Part shown: positions 49,701 through 62,091 of the stretch, piece by piece
How the letters are laid out: the number at the start of each line of letters is the position of its first letter
Position numbering within the stretch: the first letter of the stretch is position 1
NCBI GenBank assembly: GCA_000708835.1
Contig: DF237355.1
Span: forward strand, 13,055 to 77,054
Direction: 5' to 3'
Length of the DNA stretch: 64,000 nucleotides
Origin: Klebsormidium nitens
Taxonomy: Eukaryota > Plantae > Klebsormidiophyceae
Program-made: the position numbers and the translations under genes
Notes under the pieces: model-generated
Database searches by the model: none
Told to the model about the DNA's origin: nothing
What the model saw: the letters and a program-made list of their open reading frames with translations, nothing else

Positions 49701-51469
49701 TCCGTCGTACCTCGTTTTGCCCTAAGTCTAGTCGCCGGCGCACTGCAAATCGTTTTCCGAGTCCGGACTGCGCTCGTGGTTCATGCCGGCCTAGAATGGG
49801 ATTTAGACCCCGTCTGCAGACAAGGGCTCGTCGAAGAAATAAGGTCATGCTCACCGTTCGAGCTCTCTGGTCCCGCTCTGAAGTGCTTGAATTTCGGGCG
49901 ACGTGTGCTTCTAAATGAATCGAAACGACGGGGCAACAACGGACGACGTCTTCAGGTTCAAATGACGTCTCGACTTGTTGGTCGATACGTCTGCTTGGTC
50001 TTCCTTTTACCGTGCGGTTTCTGCTTTCCTCAAGCGCGCGCGCCAAATAGAGCTGTATTCTCGCCATCTTCAGCTCGAGCAGTCTTGTCTAACTGCGGCT
50101 CAGCAACTCGCAGTGCCCGTTTATTCTGTCGGCCGTGACGTTGAGAGCCGTTACTTTCGCCTTTCCGCTTGCCCAGAGAGAGTGTACTGGTAGTTGCTGT
50201 CGTCGTGGTTCGCTTGCGACGATACGGTTTTTGGAACGGGCTACGAACATTTGCTTTCAGCACTGCTTATGGGCCTTTGTTTATTCATCTCTTCCGCTCT
50301 CGGTCTAGTGTCGGCTCATTGCTTTCCTCTCCATCTTCGCATGGTAATGTAAGCTGCCGCGCATCACTCTCTCATCTCGAGCACGTTTTCGAAGCTCGCC
50401 GGCCGAAATTTCCGGCCAATTCTTCACCGTTGACCGTTTAGTGGCGCCTCTCGAGTCTCGATTCTCGGGCACGCCGTGTACGCCTTGGGACATGACGTTC
50501 CGTTCCGTTTACGCCTTAGGACCTGACGTTCCGTTCGGTTTAAGCCTTAGGCCTTAAGCATGAGGACGTGGCATATTTTTCACGCAGGTGCGACCCATTC
50601 TCGACGCTCCCCTTCACGTGCTACAACAACGCCGGCTCGTCCTTCGCTTGCTGCGCGGATCCGCGCTGCCCAATCCCAGGCCCGACGGCTAGCTGTGCGG
50701 GGGATCCCCCCGCCCCTCAGCCAACCCCTACACCCACACCAGCTGTCACCACCGGAGCGCCAGCTGTCACCACTGCGGCGCCAGCTGTCACCACCGGAGC
50801 GCCAGCTGTCACCACCGCGGCGCCAAGCGCTACGACGCCTGCGCCGGTCGCCACTGTTCCGGCGCCGACGGCCACCTACGTCACCGGCTCTGGCTACGTG
50901 TGAGTGCCCCAATCTCCTTTCCTGATGAAATGTCGCCCTTTTTCTTGAGTCGTTACGTGCCCACCTTCTGAATAGGGTCTGTGTTGAAAATCCGTCTTTC
51001 GAGCTGATCAGGCCTCACCGTGTAATTCTCCATTTCGTGCTACACAATGCACTTTGCCGGGTGAAAGCAGAAGAGTAATCACACAGTGTGCCAAGATGTC
51101 GGTCCAAGAGTCAGCATACAATCTGCCGGATGTCAGAAGTTTGAAGTAATTGAGCTGACACCCAAAAGGGTCCCGGAACATCCGAAGTTCTTTTGTAACA
51201 CAGACCGCGCCGCTCGCAGTTTGACCTTGCTTTTCTTTGGCCCAAGCCTAAATGTTTTTCGGAAGACCCGAAGTGCTTTCTTCCCTGCACATAATAATCT
51301 CTTGATTTTTAATCCTGGTCGCGAACTTCCATCTTGCATTCAACGTTGCAGGTGTGACCCGGCGTCGGCTCTTCCTTACACGTGCTACAACGCTTCTGGG
51401 TCGTCCTTTGTGTGTTGCGCCAAGTCGACTTGCCCCGCTCCTGGAGCCACGGCCGTATGCGCCCCATAA
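46760..51469 (+). CDS. Secreted Cys-rich, Pro/Thr-rich protein with three 6-Cys modules; exons 46760-47414, 48066-48200, 49261-49656, 50588-50899, 51352-51469
   Basis: Signal peptide (ILLGSLLLFFASSISYVGAQ) and a 24-Cys N-terminal region, then three CDPxSxLPxTCYNxxGxSFxCC modules separated by PTVTT/PAVTT stalks. Exon 2 needs frame corrections in its poly-C runs. Confidence 0.8.
49390..49640 (+). repeat. Coding tandem repeat (PTVTT(T)P units, 21-24 nt)
   Basis: ccaactgt(a/g)ac(t/c)ac(t)acccc units. Confidence 0.85.
50735..50830 (+). repeat. Coding 21-nt tandem repeat (PAVTT(G/A)A x4)
   Basis: ccagctgtcaccac(c/t)g(g/c)(a/g)gcg units. Confidence 0.85.
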
Positions 51470-52849
51470 GCTATAAGCATCCCCCACAAGTCGAGCGGAC
51501 GAAGGAAGTGGGGCAGTATCCTTTTCTGATTAGGAGCGTGTGCGGTTCTACCGTCAATGTGGGACCATTTGTTTTTCAACGTACCAGTGAGAATAAGCGT
51601 AGCAGTGTTAATCCACGGAGTACTCTGTACGCAGTCCCCCTATCATGACCCTTTTTTCGCCTAGATTCTGGTTGATTTTGTTAGTTTTATGCTTTACGCC
51701 CGAAGAAGAAGCGAATTACGGAAAGGAAGTTTCTTATCGGCGTCACGCCTAGGATTGCTTACTTGAGATAGATTGCTACTTCAATTGGAAACGGCGGCCA
51801 TGATGAGGTAGCGTGCAGAGGTACGTAGTGTCATGCTGAACATGCTGCTTCGTTGTTACTGATTGCACTGTGGCAACTAGAATTGGATTTTTCTTAATGT
51901 TCAAGATTGTCTGTAAGTGCGCCATGGCCCAAGTGCCCAAGCGTGCCAGTTTAAGAAGAGTCACAATCTGTCCGAGTCTACGTAATTGCTTTGCGATTGG
52001 GCTGTCATGAGCAGCCGATTTGGTTCCCTTTTAACAATAGCATTACGCTTGCAGCCCAGTCCGCTAGGCAGCTTAAATCTGATGGAATACTAATGGGCAT
52101 AGGTCTCACCATGCTGCAGTGGGCGATTCTCGTGCCAGCAGTGCTCCCGCAATCCTCTGCCTCACATCAATTTAGTGTCGCATCAGAGAATAGTCAATGG
52201 AACCGGCGCTGTGAGTTTGAGCGGAGCCGCGGACGGTTTGCATGGGCTCCATGCGCCTAAACCCTTTCTTTTACGAGGGTTTGATACATGTAGCTGCCGA
52301 ATATATAATCGTACACAAATGCAACTAGCTATACCAACGTATGTCTTTCATGACGCCCCGGATATGACCATCGACCACGCCTACTGGAAATCGGCTGTAC
52401 TCGGTTGGATCTGCCGACATTGCAGAACTCGGCCTGGAGCTTCGACCCCTAGGATGCTACTTCTTTTGGATCACGGCGCGAAGGAAAAAACCTGAGCTAT
52501 ATCTTGCATGATAAATTCGTAGATTCTTCCAGCGGATGAGTCGCCGAGGTTGCAAATCATTCAGTAGTTGTAAATGACATCGCGTTAGGGCTTTCAGGCG
52601 TGAGGCTAGGCAATCTGATCCAAGCATCCTGCAACTTCCGGCGATCCTAGTTCGAGACAATCAGCTGCGACTCACGAAACCCTAACCGGAAATGTAAGCG
52701 TTGTCACAGAGGTAGTAGCAAGTCTACATCTTGAAGTTCATAATACCAGGCAGTGACGTCCCTATCTCAGTAAGCCGGACCATCTGCTTTTGCGCTGATG
52801 TTGTTCAAATGCCACGCAAAAAACTACAATTCTTGCGAAAAGGACGGTG

Positions 52850-55156
52850 CTATGAAAGCGACGAAGTACGCTTGTACACCACAAACTCGTCGTGCTTGAA
52901 CAGCCAGCAGGGCATTCCGCTCCGGTGCACCGCCGTCCACGTTTCGCGAAAGGATTCGTGATTCTGCATGTGATCTGTGGCGCCGTCCGGATCTTCTCCA
53001 ATGAAAAAAATGGTCTCTCCCGTGTAACATTCGACGGAGTGCATCACTCCGGCGGGCCAGCTGAAGAGGAGCGCGCGGTCGCCGGCCTTGCCTGACTCGA
53101 TGTAATTTGCAGCGTCCTCGCTTCGAACGTCGAAGTAAAAGGGCCGCTGCACAAGGGCGCGTGTTTTCGACGGCGTGTAGAGCCGGGATCTGCCGGTCTT
53201 TAGGTTTCAGACGAGCCCAGGCTGTCGCGTCTTCACTTCTTCTCTCTCTGCTGTGCTTTCGTTTCGGTCCACAGATCTGTGAGTTCCGCATACGACGATG
53301 CTGTACTTGCTCCCCCAATTAGATTTGCATCTCATTCATAGTACCAGAGATAGGAGATTGATGTTCAGATCCCCCGACGGACTTCGCAAGCCGACCGACA
53401 AACGATGCATTGTGGCAAGGCAGGAATGTAAAGGACGAAGCACAGCTGAATTTCTGACGCTTCCCGCATTATCTCCCTTTCGACCGACAGTTGCACATTA
53501 CTGCCAGCACTACCTCCTCTTTCTCGATCGGCGAAAGTTCCAGCACCTTCGTACCATTTGGGAGCTTCCGTCGTGTTCCCCTCCGGCTTCACTCCCACCA
53601 GCATCAGCTCCGGCCGTTTCAGCTCCATCCCCACCGGGCGTTCCGTTCCGGCTGCCTGAGGATTCCGCTCCCGGCGGCGCCGGCTTTCCCCGTATCGCCT
53701 CTCCCCATCTCGCCATAAACTCCGGCCTATCTTGCCACCACGAAAAGTCATCAACCGCAACCACATCTGCCCCCAAACCGGCCAAGAGCGCGCTCCAGTA
53801 ACCCGTTCCGGCTCCCACGTCCAGGATCCGCCCCTCCGGAGCGGACTCTATCATGTAGCGGAGAACGGAAAGCGTCGGGACGGACCAGCAGATGGTGTCG
53901 CGCACGCGCGCGTTGACGAGCAAGACGGCCGTGCTGTCGGGGAGTTCGGTGTACTCAAGACGGGAATACCCCGCAAAGAGAACGTACCTGCGAAATGCAT
54001 GGGATCTGTTGCAGTGCTGCTCGCAAGACCGTACGAGGATACTGGAAAAACCAGCGGTCTATACATGGCTTGAGCCAAGAGGTCTCCATACGAAGGCACC
54101 AATCTGGTTAACTTTTTGGCTCGCTTTGGATCGTTTTTGATCCAAACTGCTGCAGCCTAGGGTAGAGATTAGGACTTAGATGTTCCTGCAATTTCCAAGG
54201 ATGGTCTTCAACGAAAATAGCTTCAGGATACTAATGTCACCTTCTTGACCAGAGGATATGGAAGAATTCTTCCTGCTTCGTGTAAGTTTGCAAAGCCGCT
54301 GGCCTGAGCCTCAAGAGGCCTGAGTTCAGAATGAACGACCTCGACCTTCCGCCTCCCGATGGGAATAATCAAGAAATTGACTCTAGCGCCGGCGCTCTTA
54401 TTTAACCATCCACCCTCAGAGAGTGCAGGAACCAAGGATTAAGTTCTGGGTTACATGTAACCCATGTGAGCAAAGTCATTTCGTTCTGCATGAAGGGCCC
54501 AAGGCCAGCATGCTTGCATAACCCGTGGCACATTCCAAGGACCCCCGATGTCAGCAACTCAAGCCTCTTGATATCATCTCTACTCGTTGCATTACTCTGC
54601 AGTCCAAAATTGAAAAGCTTTCAAACCGCAGGACTTCACTTTTCGTTGCGGCCCCATGCATTAGATAACCCATCATGAGGCATGTTTAGACTCTCCAGAA
54701 TTGACAAAACTGTCTAGAATGGCTATCGAACTTTGAGTGTTAAAGGCATGCAGAACAGATTCCATGTCACCTCGCGAGAGGCAGCCAGAACTTCTCCAGC
54801 ACCGGGTTGAAGCAGTCCGTCCCTGGGATCACCGGCGGCAGCGCCTCTTCCAGATCTTCCTCCACCCCTAGTTCTCGCAGATACGCCTCGTGCTCTGCTT
54901 TGACCTGGGGACTCTTCATCAAGTCTCGAACCCGCTGCTCCCAGCGCGGGCAGACGGTGCGCGCGCGAGCTGGTGCGCGCGCGCGCTGAGCCCTCATCCA
55001 CTCATCGAAGTTTGAGACGAAGTCTGAAGGAGCCGAGACGTCCATTGGGATTTGGCAAGGGGGCCATGTTGCGCGTTGCTGCTGGGGCTCTGACTTGGAA
55101 GAGGACAGTTGTGCAAGGGATGGTTCTGCCTCCCGGCTTAATTGAGAGGCGCTCAT
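52850..55156 (-). CDS. Class I SAM-dependent methyltransferase-like protein; exons about 54771-55156 (first in-frame ATG at 55045), 53555-53987, 52850-53146
   Basis: ICWSVPTLSVL...RILDVGAGTGYWSALLAGLGADVVAVDD (motif I) and DRALLFSWP. Junctions are phase-consistent. The 5' end is uncertain. Confidence 0.78.
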
Positions 55157-56780
55157 TTCCGCTTTGTGGCTTCTCTGCGTAGAAAGAGAGGACCTGTTTG
55201 AGTCCTTTGTGAGCTGCTCTTAATCTCTATTTCAAATTAGTGGTCTTCCTGTGATTGGAGACCTTTGCTGGTCTATTGGCGGCGTTTCGAGACCACACAA
55301 ATCTTTCAACTGGTCTTCTATCGAGCGGCTTGATCAGGCTCTGCGCCGCCCCGCCAGTTGCCGCCACCGGCAATCGCCTTTACCAAAATGCTTTGAGAGG
55401 TACTTGGTCCGACTCCTGCTTGTTATTTCTTTCCTCTTCAGCCTCTGGTTGTAAATGGAGGGAAGGTTTCCCTGCGATTGAGACCTGTGAATATGAAGAA
55501 AGTAAACCCTGCCACAATGGAGTTCGTGGTGATCGAATGCATGCATGGCCTCCCGGCTGCCTTGACCCCAAGTTGCATGTTATTCAGCCTCAGGAACAAG
55601 TCAGGAATCGGCTTCGATCTCCGCAATTCTTGAAAATATCAAGTTGACTCCAGATCTGCTCCTATCCACTCGGCTAGCGTCACCAATGAAGCAGCCAACA
55701 AGTGATTGAGACGAAGGGCCGTGACGATGCCTCGATATCTGGTGACGCGCGGGAGCTTATAAGCTTGGCGTGAACCCGTCGGGAAATCCTATCCGCACAA
55801 AACGCGTGGCGGCTCGCTGCAGTGCAAGTATGACCGGCCCGACTGCGGCCGTCCGTGGCACAGGCGCGGCCGCGCCAATCCGCGCATGCACGCAATCGTA
55901 GCTTCAAAGTGCTGATTGCATAATGGACAGTACGAATGCATGATTTTGGTGATCATGGCCCTTGGGCGGTCACTGCCAGGACCACTTCCGGGTTGACGCT
56001 GCTGTGTATGACGTGGGATGTCAAAAGAGGTTAAAGAAAGCAACAATGATAAGACTTAGGTACAAACGGCACAGCTTGTCAACGCGTGCGGAATTCTTCC
56101 GACTTTGAATATGCCCGTGTGTTACCATTCTATAATTGCTGGATGCTAGATTCTTCATGATATGAGAATGTTAATGGATCATATACAGAGGAGTACGACG
56201 GTCGGATCCAGAACTTATCATTTCGCGATACCGTCAAGTCGTTCGAGTGACGAGATGTGGGACGCGCCCCGTGCCGCAGGTACGTAAAGCTTTGGCCAAT
56301 GCAGCTTGGTGGCGAAAGTCCGTACTGCAATACTATCAATGCGGCATTCGCTTCGGCGGAAATGGCATTCGACGCGTAGGCTCGGCCTCTGAAATGAAAC
56401 GTACTGCTACTTCGTAGGCATGTCTTGTTATCCAAGCATCCAATCATGATACATACTCGAGGCCCTAACTCTCTCAGCTTGCAACGCTACAGCCTTGTCA
56501 CATTGCATGCAACATGCCGCGCGCCTGCCACCCTTGCCATGTCGCGGAGGGGCCCGTTAGTGCCTACGGCATGTGCGGTATGCGGACGATGGGTGGTCCT
56601 GGTTCCGTCTGGCTTGATCAGTGTTCTGTTGTTGCGCGCAGGCTTCACGCAGCAAATCTGCAGTGACTTGGGTGAAGAAGATGACGTGCACCATAACGGA
56701 GGTATCATGTACAAGCAAGGCTGGCCCTACATTAGTATACCGTGGCACACACTAGGACACATTGAGTGCGAGCGCCTATC

Positions 56781-59700
56781 CTACACCTTTGGACTCCGCG
56801 GGTTCCGTTTCTCGTTTGTCTCTACAAACACGAAGTGCCTATCGAGCCCGGATGGCTGAAACGTGATCGCAGTCACAATTGTCTTCCCCTCTAGGTGCGG
56901 CAAGTCGTACTTTGAGTCCGGAATCTTTTGCTGGAACACAAACTCGTTCTCGTGTAGGTACTTTTTCAGAGCCACTGCAACTGCGTCCACCTCTTGCTTG
57001 AAGGCGGCTTTCCAGACGTCTTCCGAAGAGGACAAAGCTGCAAGAAAACAAAGCCGTGCCGTCAGACATCCTTCCGCTCTAGCTGACGATAGCCCTTCCA
57101 GTATCTTGCACTTTATATACGAAGCTTTCTTACCGGTCCGCGGGGTTAACTCACAGTTCTGGTCGAAGCACGACATACGGCACGCATTTGGCAAAGGCGA
57201 AAAAGCAGAGGTAGTCTCCCCGCTGTCAGAAGGTCCACGTCACCAGAAGATAGGGGGGGCCGACGATATCCAACTATAATCCTGCCCAGGACGTCACCGC
57301 TAAGAGAAAGTTTCGAGGTTTGACATGGCAGGGAGCATTGCATGCAACCCCCTGCAGACGCCTGATACACCCGGACGCGCGAGGACCCTCGCCGATCAAC
57401 GAAAGCAGATCATTTTGGCTGACGCTTGCCTGTGCGCTACTGTGCGGAATTGATGACGTTTTGGCCGAAAGCGTAATTGAAATTTTGGTGATCTGCGATT
57501 GCTCGGTTAATGACAGCGGGTGGGCGCCCTCACAACGCAGCTTGCTGACGTGGGCAGCAATCAGTGCCTCTACTAAGGCTGATTCACGGAATTCACGGCG
57601 CCGCTGAGACGCCAGCCAAATCTTGAGGTCAAGCTTTCATTGATAACGCCTGCCCGTTCAACCAATTCAAGCTTCGTCTGAACAGCAAAACAAAGCCACA
57701 CATCGTTTGAAGAAAAACCACAGAAGTCGAAAGTAGCAACCAGAAGATGGATATACCATCTTCTGTTCAAACGATGAATGGCGCACCCGTTCCGGGGGGC
57801 TTTGTCTGGAGCAGCTTCGCCTGTGCGACCCGCACGAGCGCCACGGCCATTCCAATCTTCTCCTGCTTCCGATAGTCCTCCGCCAAGATGCGGTAACACT
57901 GGGTTTCGTGCAGGGTTGCGTTTAACCCCAGCCATCGCTGCGGAAAGATGGAGAAAGGATTTGTAAATGGCTGCAGAGGTAATGAGAAAAGTGGTTGCAC
58001 AATTGCAGCGGAGCGGAAAAGGCATTGGTTGGTCGCGGCGGAGACGAGAGAGACGATGGCAAACAAGGAGAAGAAAAGCGATGGCAAAATGGCACCCAAG
58101 AAGCCATAGAAGGAGAATCTGGTTCGGATGAGGGCACCTTCAACTTTGAGCAGAAAACTTTGTGCTAGCAGGAAAGCCGTTCGGACGGTAATTCTCAGGC
58201 GCTCTGACACGTCCGACAGACTGGCTGCTTTCGATTATCGATGGTGCGTTTGCTGGCAGGGCATTGCAGACGTCTCCCCTGAAGGTACACCCTTCCAACC
58301 ACGCCACGCCCACAGCCCGTTACTGAACAAGCGACACAAAAGAGACGGCCCAAAAATCATCTCGCGCGCTTCATTTACGGCCCAAACGCTCTACTAGCGC
58401 CGGCAACTACGCGACAACCTGTCAGTCAAGTCGAGCAAGTCGCTGCGTGTTCTTGAAGAGGGCGTCGGGGGGACCGGTCCCCCCGAGGCGACCAGCAGAG
58501 TGCCCGTAAAGGCAAATTGGTCGCTTGGGACAATTCTTGCGATGGAATCTCGTCCGTCGAATGAAAATTACCCTCAGGACTCAGATGGCACGAGTGTTCC
58601 CTGAAATTTGACGCCCTCTTTAAACGCGCAGTTCGAGTTCTGCCTTTGGTTGATCGGCCATATCTTATCAGGGACGCCACAGGTCCTCATTTCAGACGGC
58701 TACATCGGACGCCTAAACACAAACGCGGAAGACGACGCGTAACGCTACCGGGAAATCAACGTCTGAAACGTACCCGGACTAGAGGCCTAAAGTTTGCCGG
58801 GAACTTGACTCGTAATACCTGAATCTACCCGAATCTTAACAAATAATATCTAGCCAGACATGACCTACCCGGATTTCATCGGACGTCCCCTTCCAGTCGC
58901 GTAGCTCCTTCCGTAGAGTCCCGCAACCAATCATTTACCTTGAAACTTCAAAGCCGATTAATTCTGAGAGGCTCGACGACCCAAATTGTTGTCGGACGCT
59001 TCCAGCTCCCGTTTCGGACGGCTATCGCCCACTCAGAACTTGTCTCGTTCCAGTCGCCCAAGTGCTCCCCTGAAAGTCTCGCGACCAAGTAGTCATCTTG
59101 AAGCGCCAAAAGCGTTCAGCACTGAAAGATCGGACGACCTACATCTACTTTCGGACGCTGCGAGCTCCCAATCCGGACGCCTAATGCTCACCCGGAATTT
59201 GTCGGACGTCTCGTTCCAGTCGCCCAAGTGCTCTCGTAATAGTCCCGCGGCCTGGCTCAGCAACTCCACGACACCGTAGTGCAGCTTCGCAAGCAGACCG
59301 CCGCTGGTCTGCTTCTCAGCCGCCTTCCGAGCAGTAACCGCCTGGTTAAGGGGACACAAACAGAGTTTGAAAGTCGTCGAGGCATAAGGATACTTGACAC
59401 AGAGGGTTTGGTCGCGAGGATTGGAAATCAGCATACGATCACCATAGAAGCAGCGGAAGGATAGACATGACCAAATGCTGTGGTCGCAGTAGTGAAGCTT
59501 TGCAAGCAGACCGCCGCTTGTCTGCTTCTCGGCCGCTTTCCGGGCCGTAACCGCCTGGTTAGGAGCGGAACGAGGGGTTTAGAACTCCCTTGAAAGCTTG
59601 AAAGGAACCGGGTTAAGGACTATAAACTACCGACGTGGATACCGACTTAGGCTAACGCTGGCAGCTGCCAGTAGGCCCCCGTTCATCTCCAACTTTGCAT

Positions 59701-62091
59701 CTTTATGAGCCTGTGTCAAGGCTTGGAAAATGTGGGTTAAGACTGCTGATTAATAAGCTAGGAGGAGAGGGATCATCTCCAAAGGCTGAGCTCAACAGTT
59801 GCGGTCGATGCTGGCGCAGCTTCGCAAGCAGACTGCCGCTGGTCTGCTTCTCAGCAGCTTTCCGAGCCGTAACTGCCTGGCTAAAAAGAAATAAAAAAAC
59901 GTTAAGAAACATTCAAGGCTTGCTTGACATCGAGAGGGGATTTTCAAGTGAATCAAAAGCAACGTGAAATTAAAGGAGGGGGATTTCCACGTGATCAAAA
60001 GGCAACGTAAAAGTAGGAGGCAGTAGGAGGACAGACACAATCGCCATAACCGACAGATACGAAGTGGTGAAGTTCTGCAAAGCAGACCTCTGCCGCTCCG
60101 CTTCTCGGCCATTTTCTCAACCGTGACCGCCTGGTTAGAGAGTGAAAAGCGAGGGTTATGGACCTCCGAAAAGGACGGTTAGAGCCATGATTATGAACCT
60201 CTGCTTCTGCCAAACACAGGATCTTTCAGTGCCTGGCCATGCAAGTTTTGAACATCTTAAATTCACGCTTCACAGAAGAGCTATGAACGTGCTCGCACTT
60301 GTGCTTCTCCCAAGCACATAAATTTCCAGATCAGAATTGGTGATACCCGGGTTCAAACACCTCGACCGAATGCTTTAAGCAAGAAATAAAAGGAGAGATC
60401 CCACACCTGTGCTTCTGCCAAGCACAGGATCCTCCAGATTTTGGCCATGGAAGTGGTGACCTCCGGGGGGCGTTCGGGGGGCAGCCGCGGCTGAAGGGGG
60501 GGGAGGATCTGCTCCTCAAGGTGCTGGAACACGCCGGCGGCCTTGCGGAGGATGTTGGAAGCTTCCACGAGATCGCCTGTCGATAGACGGAGCCAAATTG
60601 TGCTTCAGTTGTAGATTTGCGTCAAACACTGGTCAAAAGTTTGCGGGAGATTGCCATACACTTTGGTCACCACAAGCCGCTTTTAAAGGTGCTGCCAAAG
60701 CTGCCAGACTCGAACCCCGATTCGGGAGCTACCGGGCAAAACCAGGGCTTTTGGCTGATCGTTGGATTCAAACGCTTTAGAGATTGGTGGAGCGGTATGT
60801 ACCACTTCATCACTGATCTGGCTTGCATAGACCGAAGCTTAGCGCTTCGTCGAAGCGCTGAAGATGTCCCTGACGGGATAATCCAAGCAGACACAGCCGT
60901 ACCCTCTAGACATTCTACGACGCAGACGCCATAGCGGAACACACGGAAACCCGTAGAAACAAGCAATTCATCGTATGGAAAGTCGTAAACCCCGAAACCT
61001 CGCACCTTTGTCCATCATCTCGAACGCCCGTTCCCGCAGCAGCCCCGCGTACAGCCACATGGTCATGACGTGCTCGTAAACCAGGTCGTTAACCCGGAAA
61101 AGTTTCCCCTTGGTGAAACCCCCCGAGAGGGGGCTGGTCCACCGTAGCCGCAGCTCCTCCGTCCATTTGATGACCAACGGGTTATCTATTTCGGGGATAA
61201 CCCGGGTTACCAGGTTTTCGAGCAGCTAGAGAGGGAGGAAGAAGAGAGTTTTGTTGTAAGTGCGCTTAGTGACGTGGAAGTTTTCTCGCTCTATCTACAC
61301 CTTGGTAAAGGGTTGCCGTTGGGTTGAAATGATTTCTGTGCTTTCACGGAGTCAAAGAACCAAAGCACCAAATCCTCGTTTTCCTCGAACCACTTGAGCG
61401 CTGAGACTTGGGCAGAGTGAAAAGCACGGACAGAACATTGCTGACAGAAAATCGAAGCATTGCTTTTAATGTCGTCTAGGAAAGGATGCGACTGCAACTG
61501 AGACTTTGAAAATCTGCTTGTAGTAGATGACATGTCGGTCTATCGCCCAAGATAGCAGATCCCTTCATGTCTCTTGAAAAAGCACCTGAATCTTTACAGC
61601 AGGTGCTTTTCAGAATCTCACAGACCTCGCGTTTGCCGATCCGTCCCGAATGCAATATCCTTCCTCTTTTCAGAACAATATTCACACAGAGATTTTTCAA
61701 AAGACACGGCCTGAATTCGAACAATCTCCCGCTAAAAGCAACAAATGCAGAGTGTGCCTGAATGGAGCCCAGGGCCTGGTTGCAAGATTCATCATCCTTC
61801 CCAATCCGCTTAAGCTTTAAAAGCAGAATCGAACCAAGCTAAGCTTACCGGCAGATACTTTTCCACCTTCCCGATCTCCTGCGCTACTGGTGACGTCTCT
61901 CCCCCCGCAATCTCCCTCGCAATGGCAAAAGCCATGTTTGACCCGTTCCGTGGCTCCTCCCATGCCTTTCGCCGCGACGACAACTCCCGCAACTGCTCCA
62001 GAGTCCCCGAGTCCTGAGCGTAGTACGTCTGCTCAAAGACCACCGGCTTGGTAGTCATCCGGGCCGAAAGTTCGTGGTATTGGAGATACAT
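56781..62091 (-). CDS. BROX: BRO1-domain protein, plant BROX-like; exons 61849-62091, 61006-61225, 60407-60576, 59192-59341, 57787-57937, 56781-57037
   Basis: TLEQLRELSSRRKA, AIAREIAGG, LRKAAGVFQHL..LP..ERPPE, CLAEAQAVTARKA..GGLLAKLHYGV and HENEFVFQQKIP match the plant BRO1-like family. Junctions are GT-AG and in frame. Confidence 0.9.
58990..60245 (-). repeat. Echo copies of BROX exon boundaries
   Basis: The acceptor and exon start (cag|gc(g/a)gt(t/c)ac..gagaag) is copied at about 59554, 59876 and 60130. Donor-side copies occur at about 59030-59090 and 60195-60240. Confidence 0.8.

Noticed and set aside
49294-50912. Val/Gly-rich or Arg-rich ORFs over the repeats
   Set aside because: They are alternative frames of the Pro/Thr coding repeats.
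55251-56760. Several 60-145 aa ORFs
   Set aside because: They have no recognisable domains or consistent splice structure.
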